A stretch of DNA of 64,000 nucleotides from Patescibacteria group bacterium (GTDB taxonomy: Bacteria > Patescibacteriota > Patescibacteriia > JAXHNJ01): positions 130,579 through 194,578 of the forward strand of contig JAXHNJ010000001.1 in NCBI GenBank assembly GCA_034520665.1, in the 5' to 3' direction. Both the position numbers and the translations under genes were made by a program. This document shows, one piece after another, positions 40,586 through 49,453 of this stretch; position 1 is the stretch's first letter, and each line of letters opens with the position of its first letter. The notes under the pieces were generated by a model that was not told the origin of the DNA, did not search any database, and was given only the letters and a program-made list of their open reading frames with translations.

Positions 40586-40639
40586 GTTATTAACTTGGTT
40601 AATAACTTGATTGACAAATCTTAGCATTTTTTATAAGAT
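40586..40639 (+). promoter_or_regulatory. Operator palindrome plus sigma70 promoter (second copy)
   Basis: GTTATTAAC-TTG-GTTAATAAC followed by TTGACA-N17-TAAGAT. Confidence 0.75.
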
Positions 40640-40718
40640 AAATAAATGTTATAAAAACTAATATTAGCTAAAAAATAAGAATTTTATATAAATTAGTAAT
40701 TATTAATTAAAAAAAATT

Positions 40719-42683
40719 ATGAAAAAAATTAATAGAAAAAAAGGCTTGACTAAAGCCATAAATGTGCTAATCTTGGCCAGTTTAATTATCTACACCTCTT
40801 TTTTAGGGGTATTTTTTGTGCCTCGGGAAGCTGATTCACAAGTAGGCTGTTTCCCTGACTTTAATAATGATGGAGAAGTAAGTTTATCTGATTTTGGTAC
40901 ATTTGCTAATACTTATGGAAAATCTGATGGCGATGATGATTATAATTATTTAGCAGATATTAATGGTGATAAAACGGTTAGTAAAGCTGATTTCGATTAT
41001 TTTAAAAGATATTATGGCCATAAATTTATCTGCAACCAAACAACTTTGCCGGAAAATTACGTAGATATTGGTATGTGTGGAGAAGGGGAATATAATATTA
41101 ATAAAGATTATGTGAATATTGGAGATCCAGCTAGTGAAAGCGGACATGAATTGTCTGATGAATGGAGTGACGCTAATCATAGTGGTAATTATGGTGGTAG
41201 AGATGATGGGACTTTTAGAACAGTTGTTTCATCTGATAATTGTTCTGGTGGTGGTTTGCATGAGGCTAGTTTTACTTTAAATACCGGAGATGAAAAAGCC
41301 AATTCATTATTTATCAGACATCTTGATGGTCAAAGTAATCGGGATGGTTTTGAGGTTTTTATTAATGATCAATCAGTGGGTAGTCATACTGACTTAGGAG
41401 ATAGTATTGAAGAATGGCAAACTACTAAATTTGATATATCTAAATACGATTTTTCCGAAGAATTAAATGTTCAAATTAAATTAATTGATGATATTTGGAA
41501 TAGATGTTCCACCTATGGCCAATTAGCTATTTCTTGGGCGGCTTTGGATACCTGTTCAATTCCTCCGGCAGACACTGACCAAGATACGATCTTTGATGTT
41601 AGTGATAATTGTCCTAATGAATGGAACCAAGATCAGAGCGACTCTGATCAGGATGGTATAGGTGATGCTTGTGATTTAACACCTTTTGGTTATTTAACCA
41701 AAGATATGGTTAATTTAAAAAAAACAGTCAATAAACCAAAAGCCGAACTGGGCGATGCTTTAAATTACGAAGTTGATTTTAGCTATAATACGGATGAAAA
41801 AATTGAAGTTGGTGTCATCCTTGATTATCTGCCAGAAGGTTTTATAATTGATAAAGATTCAATTTCTGATGAAGGCTTATTTTTACCAAAAGATGAAACT
41901 CCTGAGGATCAGGATGTAATTGTTTGGAAATTAGAAGGAATTGAAGAAAATCATACTTTTACGGTTTCTGGTCAGGTTGATCCGGAAATTAATCTTAATG
42001 AAGGAACCTGCACCACTTTAACTAATAAAGTTGAATTATTAGAGATACCCGGACTTGAAAGTTATAATGATTTAGTAATCGGTCCGGGAGGAGAAGATCA
42101 AGGAGAGCCTATATTATTAGGCAGTGATACTGATGAAACTGAGGTTTGTGTGACTGTGCCTGAATCCGAAAAAAAAGAGCCGGTGATTGAAGAAGAATCT
42201 GCTCCGGTGCTAACTATTGATAAATCAGTGGAGAAGTCTTCAGTAGTGGCTGGTGATTCAGTAAATTATATTGTTAATATTAAAAATACTGGTTCAGACA
42301 CGGCCTTTAATGTCCGTTTAGCTGATACTTTACCGGATGGCTTTACTTATGATGATGGTTCTGACGGTTCCTGGTTTTTTGAAAATCTTGAAGCTGGTGA
42401 AGAAATGAACCATATTTATTCAGTCACGGTTAATAGTGATTTAACGGCTGGTACTTACACTAACACAGCCCAGGTTTCAGCTGATAACCACGAGGCTATT
42501 ACTGATACGGCTGATTTAACGGTTACCGAGCCGGTTTCAGAAGGAGTAGTGTTGGGAGCGGCCACCGAGGCTGGTGATGTAGCCGGAGCCGAAGATGAAT
42601 TACCCCAGGCTGGTTCTAGTATTCTTTTCTGGCTGGCTAGTTTATTGCCGTTTTTGGGTATTGTTCGTCTGAGAAAAATATAA
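40719..42683 (+). CDS. Sortase-anchored surface protein (dockerin-like, thrombospondin type 3, DUF11-like domains)
   Basis: DFNNDGEVSLSDF/DINGDKTVSKADF; DNCP..NQDQSDSDQDGIGDACD; two KTV/KSV...D.LP.G domains; ELPQAG plus TM plus RLRK tail. Confidence 0.9.
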   Translation: MKKINRKKGLTKAINVLILASLIIYTSFLGVFFVPREADSQVGCFPDFNNDGEVSLSDFGTFANTYGKSDGDDDYNYLADINGDKTVSKADFDYFKRYYGHKFICNQTTLPENYVDIGMCGEGEYNINKDYVNIGDPASESGHELSDEWSDANHSGNYGGRDDGTFRTVVSSDNCSGGGLHEASFTLNTGDEKANSLFIRHLDGQSNRDGFEVFINDQSVGSHTDLGDSIEEWQTTKFDISKYDFSEELNVQIKLIDDIWNRCSTYGQLAISWAALDTCSIPPADTDQDTIFDVSDNCPNEWNQDQSDSDQDGIGDACDLTPFGYLTKDMVNLKKTVNKPKAELGDALNYEVDFSYNTDEKIEVGVILDYLPEGFIIDKDSISDEGLFLPKDETPEDQDVIVWKLEGIEENHTFTVSGQVDPEINLNEGTCTTLTNKVELLEIPGLESYNDLVIGPGGEDQGEPILLGSDTDETEVCVTVPESEKKEPVIEEESAPVLTIDKSVEKSSVVAGDSVNYIVNIKNTGSDTAFNVRLADTLPDGFTYDDGSDGSWFFENLEAGEEMNHIYSVTVNSDLTAGTYTNTAQVSADNHEAITDTADLTVTEPVSEGVVLGAATEAGDVAGAEDELPQAGSSILFWLASLLPFLGIVRLRKI

Positions 42684-42702
42684 AAAAGTTAAAAACTTAG
42701 AT

Positions 42703-42734
42703 AAAAAGAAGGCCCTTACAAAGGGCTTTCTTTT
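42703..42734 (+). terminator. Intrinsic terminator
   Basis: AAAAGAAGGCCCTT-ACA-AAGGGCTTTCTTTT. Confidence 0.75.
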
Positions 42735-42756
42735 GTTTTGGATGAATTTTAAAACA

Positions 42757-42954
42757 GTAGGTGCGGGTCGCGACCCGCACCTACGCAGGGATATTTATTA
42801 ATTTTTGTATCGCGACCCGCACCTACGGGATTGATTTTGTAATTTAAAAAATCATCGCGATCCCCGGCGGCTCACGAGCCGCCGCTACGGGGATTAATTA
42901 TATTATTTAAAAATTATCGTAACCCGCCGGTGTCAGTCGTGACCGATGCCAACA
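42757..42954. repeat. REP array downstream of a RAYT
   Basis: GTAGGTGCGGGTCGCGACCCGCACCTAC (42757-42784), a half copy to 42826, CGGCGGCTCACGAGCCGCCGCTAC and a further degenerate copy. Confidence 0.85.
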
Positions 42955-42964
42955 GTTTTATAAA

Positions 42965-43519
42965 TTAATAATTTTTAGGATTATTGCGATCTAAATTCCA
43001 TTTAGAAGGATTAAGAATAATATATTCTCTAACATTATCTAGACTTTTTTCATTGTCAATAATTCGGTCATAAAAAGATCTTTGCCATCTAAATTCAGGA
43101 AATCCATTTTGATGGATTAATTTTGAAGAAGTTGTTTTAAAGGCGCCGATAATTTCTGTTATTGGTTTAATTTTTATTCCCCGTAGATGCGGGTCGCGAC
43201 CCGCATCTACGCAGGGATATTTATTAATTTTTGTATCGCGACCCGTACCTACGCAGGAAGAATCAATAATAATAATTCCATGAAAATGATTGGGCATAAT
43301 AATGTATTTATCCAGGCTTATATAAGAATATTGTTTTTCTAGCCATTGCCATTGTCTTTTTACTATTTTGCCGTATTTATTTAAAGACATCTTATTTTCT
43401 AATATTTTACCAAAGATATTTGTTTTTTGTTTCGTGCAAATTGTAATAAAATAATATCCCTCACTAGAATAATCATAATGAGGTAATCTCATAGATTTAT
43501 ATTTTTTATATGGTGACAT
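42965..43519 (-). mobile_element. REP-associated tyrosine (Y1/HUH) transposase
   Basis: RLPHYDYS, YFITICT, MPNHFHGI, WQRSFYDRII, YIILNP. Confidence 0.92.
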
Positions 43520-43560
43520 TTACAAAAAACCTTTATTGTAAGCCACCAAAGAAATTTGAA

Positions 43561-43715
43561 TGGTCGGGGTACTGGGATTTATCCGACAAAGCCTGCCTGT
43601 GGCAGACAAGGCGGATCCCCTAAAGGGGGAAACTCTTAATTTCTTATTTTTAAAAAAAATGATACTAAAATAATTTGGTCGGGGTAGCCTCCCTTCGGGA
43701 GACGACCTCATCGTC
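43561..43715 (-). pseudogene. Two tRNA-Pro 3'-end remnants with disrupted T-loops
   Basis: TGGTCGGGGTA occurs at 43561 and 43676 as well as in the intact gene at 43734. Confidence 0.75.
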
Positions 43716-43733
43716 ACTTGTCTGCCATGGGCT

Positions 43734-43809
43734 TGGTCGGGGTAGCCAGACTTGAACTGGCGACCTCATCGTCCCGAACGATGCGCGCTACCAACTGCGC
43801 CATACCCCG
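43734..43809 (-). tRNA. tRNA-Pro (anticodon CGG)
   Basis: CGGGGTA...CATCG-TTCGGGA-CGATG...GCCAG-TTCAAGT-CTGGC-TACCCCG-ACCA. Confidence 0.96.
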
Positions 43810-43963
43810 ACTCTGTCCATCATTTTCTAACGGGGATACCCCGTTAATCTGCCATAATATTAGCAATTTAGCCGCTCATAGTCAATTATTAATAACTTGA
43901 CCAAATTATTAAAAAACCTTATAATTTTAGTATAAAATCTATAGATAGAAAATATCTTTTTTT

Positions 43964-44668
43964 ATGAAAAATAAAATTCAGGAAAATAAAATTCCCCAGC
44001 ATATTGGCATTATTATGGACGGTAATCGGCGCTGGGCCCGATCAAGAGGCCTGCCTACTTTACAGGGTCATAAAAAGGGCTATGATAAAGTGTTAAAAGT
44101 AGGAGACTGGTGTTTGGAAGAGGGGGTTAAGATTTTAAGTGTTTATGCTTTTTCTACGGAAAATTGGAACCGCTCTAAAAAAGAAGTCGGTTATTTAATG
44201 AAACTCTTGAAAAGAGGACTAGAAACAGACATTAGAAAATTACATAAGAAAAATATTAAGGTTCAGGTTTTAGGCCGGATTAAGGAGCTATCCCAGGATT
44301 TACAAAAAGCGATTAAAGATACTATGGAATTAACCAAGAATAATACCAAGGGAGTTTTGAATATCTGTATTAATTATGGCGGCCGGGCCGAGATTATTGA
44401 TGCTATTAAAGAAATGATTAAAGATAAGATTTCTCCTATTCAGGTCACAAAAAAATTAGTGGCTAATTATCTTTATACTAAAGCCCAGCCAGATCCAGAT
44501 TTAATTATTCGCACCTCAGGTGAGCAGCGTTTATCTAATTTTCTGACCTGGCAGGCCAGTTATTCTGAGCTTTATTTTATAAAAAAACACTGGCCGGCTT
44601 TTAATAGAAAAGATTTGCAAAAAGCCATTAAAGAATATTCTAATCGTCAGAGAAGGTTTGGCGGGTAG
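43964..44668 (+). CDS. uppS: Undecaprenyl diphosphate synthase
   Basis: IMDGNRRWA, YAFSTENW, NYGGR, IRTSGEQRLSNF. Confidence 0.97.
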   Translation: MKNKIQENKIPQHIGIIMDGNRRWARSRGLPTLQGHKKGYDKVLKVGDWCLEEGVKILSVYAFSTENWNRSKKEVGYLMKLLKRGLETDIRKLHKKNIKVQVLGRIKELSQDLQKAIKDTMELTKNNTKGVLNICINYGGRAEIIDAIKEMIKDKISPIQVTKKLVANYLYTKAQPDPDLIIRTSGEQRLSNFLTWQASYSELYFIKKHWPAFNRKDLQKAIKEYSNRQRRFGG

Positions 44669-44811
44669 AGGAAGGCACTAAAAGTAACAAAGGCTTCAGA
44701 AGTATCAAAAGAGCTTCTCAAGGAATTGAGAAGTTTTATTTTTGAGGGAAAAGGTGGTAGTATGAATTTAATGGGTCAATAATTAATTGAATTAAATAAT
44801 TCTAATAAGCT

Positions 44812-45414
44812 ATGTCCCTTAAAACTATAAATATTGAAAATCACGCTTACTTTGTCACCAGTAAGGTTTATTATAATCTAGAAATATTTGTTTATAATAA
44901 ATTTTGCCAAATGCTAATTAATAATTTTAAATTTTACAGAAAAGCCAAAAATTTTAAGCTATTAGGCTATGTTATTATGCCTAATCATTTACACACAATT
45001 ATTTGGCCACAGGGTAAAAATTCTATATCGGACATTATGCGCGATTTTAAAGAATTTACCGCTAAACAGATTATTAAATCTCTAAATCACCGAGAAGCTC
45101 TGGCCCCTAGGCCTGAGCTTAGTAAATATATAGCCAGAACCGGTCTGGGGACCGGTTCTTCTCCTAGTAAAATATTGAAATGTTTTAAAAAGGGAGCCAA
45201 AAATATTAATAATCAAAATTACAAAGTCTGGCAAAGCCGCAACTGGATAGAAAATATTTTTTCTATAAAATTTTTAAAACAAAAACTTAATTACATCCAC
45301 AATAACCCTGTTCGGGCCAAACTGGTTAAAAAACCTGAAGATTATAAATATTCAAGTTTTAAAAATTATTACCGGGATGAGAATAAGTTAATTAAGATTG
45401 ATAAAATATTATAA
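44812..45414 (+). mobile_element. REP-associated tyrosine (Y1/HUH) transposase
   Basis: YFVT, YVIMPNHLH, RDFK.FTA, WQ, YIHNNPV, Y.YSS. Confidence 0.92.
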
Positions 45415-45417
45415 TTT

Positions 45418-46695
45418 ATGACTGATTTATTTGACCACAAATTAGATAAAGAACTAAAAAAAGAAGCGCCTTTGGCTGACCGGCTGCGTCCTCAAAATTT
45501 TAATGATTTTCAGGGTCAAGAAAAGATTGTTGGTCAGGGAAAAATACTGAGAAAAGCTATTGAAAACGACGAATTATTTTCTATAATTTTGTGGGGCCCG
45601 CCGGGCAGCGGTAAAACTACTTTAGCCCGGATTATTGCTAACTTGACTAAAAGCTCTTTTGTCCAGCTCTCAGCCGTTACTTCCGGCAAAAAAGATTTGA
45701 TTAAAGTGATTGAAAAGGCTAGAGAAAAAAGAAAATTAAAAAGCCAGAGAACTATTTTGTTTGTTGATGAGATTCACCGTTGGAACAAGGCCCAACAGGA
45801 CGCGCTTTTGCCTTATGTAGAAAAGGGTATTATTGTTTTTATTGGCGCCACTACGGAAAACCCTTCTTTTGAAATAATTGCCCCGCTTTTGTCGCGCTCT
45901 CGGGTTTTTGTTTTAGAAAGTTTAGGCGAGGATGATTTGGGCCGAATTATTAAGCAAGCTCTTAAAGATAAAGAAGTGGGTTTAGGAAATTACCAGGTTA
46001 AGCTAGGTAAAAAAGCACTAGGCTTGCTGTTATCAGGAGCTAATGGAGACGCCCGAGCGGCTCTCAACGCCTTAGAACTAGCGGTTAAGGCGGTTGACCC
46101 CGACCAGGAAGGCTTTCGGCATATTAAAGAAAAAGATGTCAGAGAAGCCCTGCAATACGAAGCGGTTTATTTTGATAAAAAAGGTGAGCAATATTATAAT
46201 ATTATCTCGGCTTTTATTAAATCCATGCGGGGTTCTGATCCGGACGCTGCTCTTTATTGGCTGGCTCGGATGGTTGAGGCCGGACAAGATCCATTATATA
46301 TTGCCCGGCGTATGGTTATTTTTGCTTCGGAAGATATCTCTTTGGCTGATAAAAACGCCCTATCTTTGGCGGTTAGCTGTTTTCAAGCCTGTCACCAGAT
46401 TGGTTGGCCTGAATGCCAGATAAATCTGGCCCATGTAGCAGTTTACTTGGCCTTGGCTCCCAAGGATAATTCTACTTATCAGGGCTTATTAAAAGCCAAA
46501 AAAGAGGTTAAAAAAACCATGAATGAGCCAGTATCCTTGCCTTTGCGCAACGCGGTCACTGGTTTAATGAAAGACCTAGGCTATGGTCAAGATTATAAAT
46601 ATTCTCATGATTATGATAAGGAAGAAGGCGAGCAAGATTACTTACCCCAGAAATTAAAAAATAAAAAATTCTTTAATAAAAAGAAAGATAATTAA
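45418..46695 (+). CDS. rarA: Replication-associated recombination protein A
   Basis: PLADRLRP, GPPGSGKTT, VDEIHR, ATTENP, KSMRGSD, ASEDI. Confidence 0.96.
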   Translation: MTDLFDHKLDKELKKEAPLADRLRPQNFNDFQGQEKIVGQGKILRKAIENDELFSIILWGPPGSGKTTLARIIANLTKSSFVQLSAVTSGKKDLIKVIEKAREKRKLKSQRTILFVDEIHRWNKAQQDALLPYVEKGIIVFIGATTENPSFEIIAPLLSRSRVFVLESLGEDDLGRIIKQALKDKEVGLGNYQVKLGKKALGLLLSGANGDARAALNALELAVKAVDPDQEGFRHIKEKDVREALQYEAVYFDKKGEQYYNIISAFIKSMRGSDPDAALYWLARMVEAGQDPLYIARRMVIFASEDISLADKNALSLAVSCFQACHQIGWPECQINLAHVAVYLALAPKDNSTYQGLLKAKKEVKKTMNEPVSLPLRNAVTGLMKDLGYGQDYKYSHDYDKEEGEQDYLPQKLKNKKFFNKKKDN

Positions 46696-46698
46696 AAT
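46621..46698 (+). repeat. 78-bp direct repeat, first copy (rarA 3' end)
   Basis: Second copy at 48617-48694 with two mismatches. Confidence 0.92.
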
Positions 46699-46753
46699 GG
46701 AAATTGAAGTCAAGGCTAAAGTAAAAGATTTTAAAAAAAAGTATAAAAATTAA
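46697..46753 (+). pseudogene. cyaB: N-terminal fragment of a CYTH / class IV adenylate cyclase
   Basis: MEIEVKAKVKDF (ExExK CYTH signature) followed by a stop. Confidence 0.75.
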
Positions 46754-46763
46754 TTATAAAAAT

Positions 46764-47663
46764 ATGAGCAAATTTGAAGAAAAAGGTTATAATCCGGAAA
46801 AAGGGTCTGAAGTTAACAAAGAAAAAGAGAGAGAAAGGATTATTCCTATTATTAATATTGTTAGACATGGCCAAACTGATTATAAGGAATTAAAAAATCC
46901 TGATTTTAAATTTGATCCTGAAGATCCTGATTTTAAACTTGACCCAGAATGCCTTGATTTAAATCAAACAGGAATAAAAGAAATTGAGCAAGTTGGAGAT
47001 AAATTAGCTAATGAGATTGATAAAGATAAGGAAGTAGTAATTATTATCACTAGTCCTAATTATCGGGCGCATTCTTCCGCTTTAGTTTTAGAGGAAAGGC
47101 TTAAAGAAAGAGGGATAACAATTCTTGACTCCAGAGCTAAATTGCATCCAGGTAAGACTATAAGAAAGGCTGATAATTTACAGCAGATAAAGTATAGAAA
47201 AGATATAGATAAAAATATATGGATAAAAAAACACCAGGCCTTTATAGAAGAAAAGCTAGAGGAATTTAAGGATAAATCCCCAGATGAGGTTCATCCAAAA
47301 GTAGCTAAAGAATTAGGAGGAGAATTAAAAGATTGGTTTGATGAAGATTATGGTGATATTAAGCATAGGTTTCAGACTTTTTTGCGGCACATGAATAATA
47401 TAGACTATTATTTAACTGATGAAACTAAACAAAATTTAAAGGATAAAAAAATAAGAATAATTAATATTACACACGAGGAATTGCCGGCTAAATTTATTAA
47501 AGAATCGCTTGGTTCAAAATCCACTTTAAAAAAAGGACAAATAATGGAGATTCAATCGCAAAATACTGCAGATTTGGGGGAAGAAGTTGAAGCTAATGTT
47601 AAGCTGTATTCAAAAGAAAAGGAGGAAATAGAAAAAGAAAATAATATTAAAATATATTTTTAG
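46764..47663 (+). CDS. Histidine phosphatase family protein
   Basis: IVRHGQT, TSP..RA, ITH. Confidence 0.8.
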   Translation: MSKFEEKGYNPEKGSEVNKEKERERIIPIINIVRHGQTDYKELKNPDFKFDPEDPDFKLDPECLDLNQTGIKEIEQVGDKLANEIDKDKEVVIIITSPNYRAHSSALVLEERLKERGITILDSRAKLHPGKTIRKADNLQQIKYRKDIDKNIWIKKHQAFIEEKLEEFKDKSPDEVHPKVAKELGGELKDWFDEDYGDIKHRFQTFLRHMNNIDYYLTDETKQNLKDKKIRIINITHEELPAKFIKESLGSKSTLKKGQIMEIQSQNTADLGEEVEANVKLYSKEKEEIEKENNIKIYF

Positions 47664-47699
47664 GTTGAAAAGGAATAAATATAATTTTTAACGTTTTCT

Positions 47700-48653
47700 A
47701 TGCTTAGCAAAATTTTTTTTGAAACTCTTTGCCAGAAATATAATTTAGGTATCTTAAAAAGATATTCCAGGATACCTTTAGGTTTAATTAATGCCAAGTA
47801 TTTACTTGAGACTAACAAGGGTAAATATGTTGTTCGTATTTCTGTGCGTTCAGCTAAACAACTTGCTTTTGAAATAGCCTTGTTAAATCATGTAAAATCG
47901 CTTCCAGTTCCTCAACTTAAATTTGATAAACAGGAAAATTTTATTAATTTTTATAAAAGAAAACCTTTTATCGTTTATAAATATATTGAAGGAGGTAACC
48001 CAAAGAAAATTACTACTAATTTAATTAAACAAATTGCCAGATTTCAAGCTTGTTTTCATAAATTAGGTTTTTCTTTTAAGAAAAATATAGATCGTGAACC
48101 TTATACTTATAATTTACCTCCAGCAAAAATTAAGAGAATGGAGAAAATGATTATTAAGAAAACGCCAAAAATTTATTATAAAAAATATTTTGTAATCCGT
48201 AATATTTTATTAAATATTAAATTACCTAAGAATTTACCTAGTGGTCCAATACATGTAGATATTAAACCGGAAAATACTTTAATTAAAAATAACAAATTAT
48301 CAGGAATTTTGGATTTTGATAATTCTTATATAGGACCCTATTTAATTGATATTGGTAAGACTTTAACTTGGTATTGTATTAAAAATAAAAAAATAAACTG
48401 GAGTTATGTTAAACTATTCTTAAAAGAGTATAGTAAATATCGTAGCTTTGAAAATTGTGAAAAAAATAATATAGAAGATATTATCAAGCATGCTATAGCC
48501 AGTCATATTTTTATTGATTATTATAAATTGACTCGAAATATTATCCCCCTTAGTTACTTAAAAATGCTATTAAAAGAATTTTATCCAGTTTTAGAAGTTA
48601 TTAATAATATTGAAAAGAAGAAGGCGAGCAAGATTACTTACCCCAGAAATTAA
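47700..48653 (+). CDS. APH-like / type II homoserine kinase family phosphotransferase
   Basis: LPSGPIHVDIKPEN, GILDFD. The last ~12 codons come from the rarA repeat. Confidence 0.82.
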   Translation: MLSKIFFETLCQKYNLGILKRYSRIPLGLINAKYLLETNKGKYVVRISVRSAKQLAFEIALLNHVKSLPVPQLKFDKQENFINFYKRKPFIVYKYIEGGNPKKITTNLIKQIARFQACFHKLGFSFKKNIDREPYTYNLPPAKIKRMEKMIIKKTPKIYYKKYFVIRNILLNIKLPKNLPSGPIHVDIKPENTLIKNNKLSGILDFDNSYIGPYLIDIGKTLTWYCIKNKKINWSYVKLFLKEYSKYRSFENCEKNNIEDIIKHAIASHIFIDYYKLTRNIIPLSYLKMLLKEFYPVLEVINNIEKKKASKITYPRN

Positions 48654-48694
48654 AAAACAAAAAATTCTTTAAGAAAAAGAAAGATAATTAAAAT
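48617..48694 (+). repeat. 78-bp direct repeat, second copy
   Basis: Matches 46621-46698. Confidence 0.92.
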
Positions 48695-48699
48695 AAAAA

Positions 48700-49005
48700 A
48701 CAGAAGTCAGTGATAAAAAAAGGATACAAAATATATTAAAAAAGTTAAAATTTAAAAAAGTGGTTACTGTAGAAAAAAATAGGCAGACCTATAAATATAA
48801 AAGTGTTAAAATTGTTCTTGATAAAGTTAAAAATTTGGGTAATTTTATTGAGGCGGAATTATTAGGCCGGCCCAGCCGAAAGAATAAAGATAAAGTATTA
48901 AAAATAATTGATGAGCTAAAAATTCCCCGAGAAAATATTATTTGGGATTTACGCTACCACGCTATGTTGATGAAAAAGAAAGGTTATAAAAACTATTATT
49001 TTTAA
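48700..49005 (+). pseudogene. cyaB: C-terminal fragment of a CYTH / class IV adenylate cyclase
   Basis: TEVSD...ILKKLKF...VEKNR..Y...LDKVKNLGNFIEAE...Y. Confidence 0.8.
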
Positions 49006-49007
49006 AT

Positions 49008-49165
49008 AAAAAAAGGTGGTGTTTCAAGACGGAGGTTGGTATCTTGAAACACCACTGGTTAGCCTAACAGACGCGGGATCTGTTATAATAAGTAGGTAAA
49101 ATAACGTCTGTATGCCCCACTTGAGGGAACAAATGATCAAAGGAAAAAGTTCATACTTTTCCCTT
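49008..49165 (-). ncRNA. Candidate small structured RNA
   Basis: TTGATT-N17-TATAAT at 49172-49200, a 5' hairpin, and a long terminal hairpin with T7; no ORF. Confidence 0.4.
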
Positions 49166-49204
49166 AATTACATTATATAATAGCTAAAATAATTAATCAA
49201 ATAT

Positions 49205-49399
49205 ATGGAATGTCAAATAAACAAAAATTTAAAAAATTGTCCCTGTACTTACCCGGGTTGTCCCAGGAAGGGCAAGTGCTGTGAATGTATTAGTCATCAT
49301 CGCCAAAGAGGGGAGCTGCCGGGTTGTTATTTTTCAGCTGAAGATGAAAAAACTTATGACAGGAGTATAGAAAGGTTTATAAATTCATACAATAAATAA
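49205..49399 (+). CDS. DUF6485-like Cys-rich small protein
   Basis: CPCTYPGCPRKGKCCECI..H...ELPGCYF...EKTYDRS. Confidence 0.85.
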   Translation: MECQINKNLKNCPCTYPGCPRKGKCCECISHHRQRGELPGCYFSAEDEKTYDRSIERFINSYNK

Positions 49400-49453
49400 T
49401 TTATAAATAAATTTTTCGTGTAATAGATTTTATTTTTTATAATAATCTTTAAA

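Noticed and set aside
43520-43900. ORFs 43520-43717 (-) and 43718-43900 (+)
   Set aside because: They overlap tRNA-Pro and its remnants.
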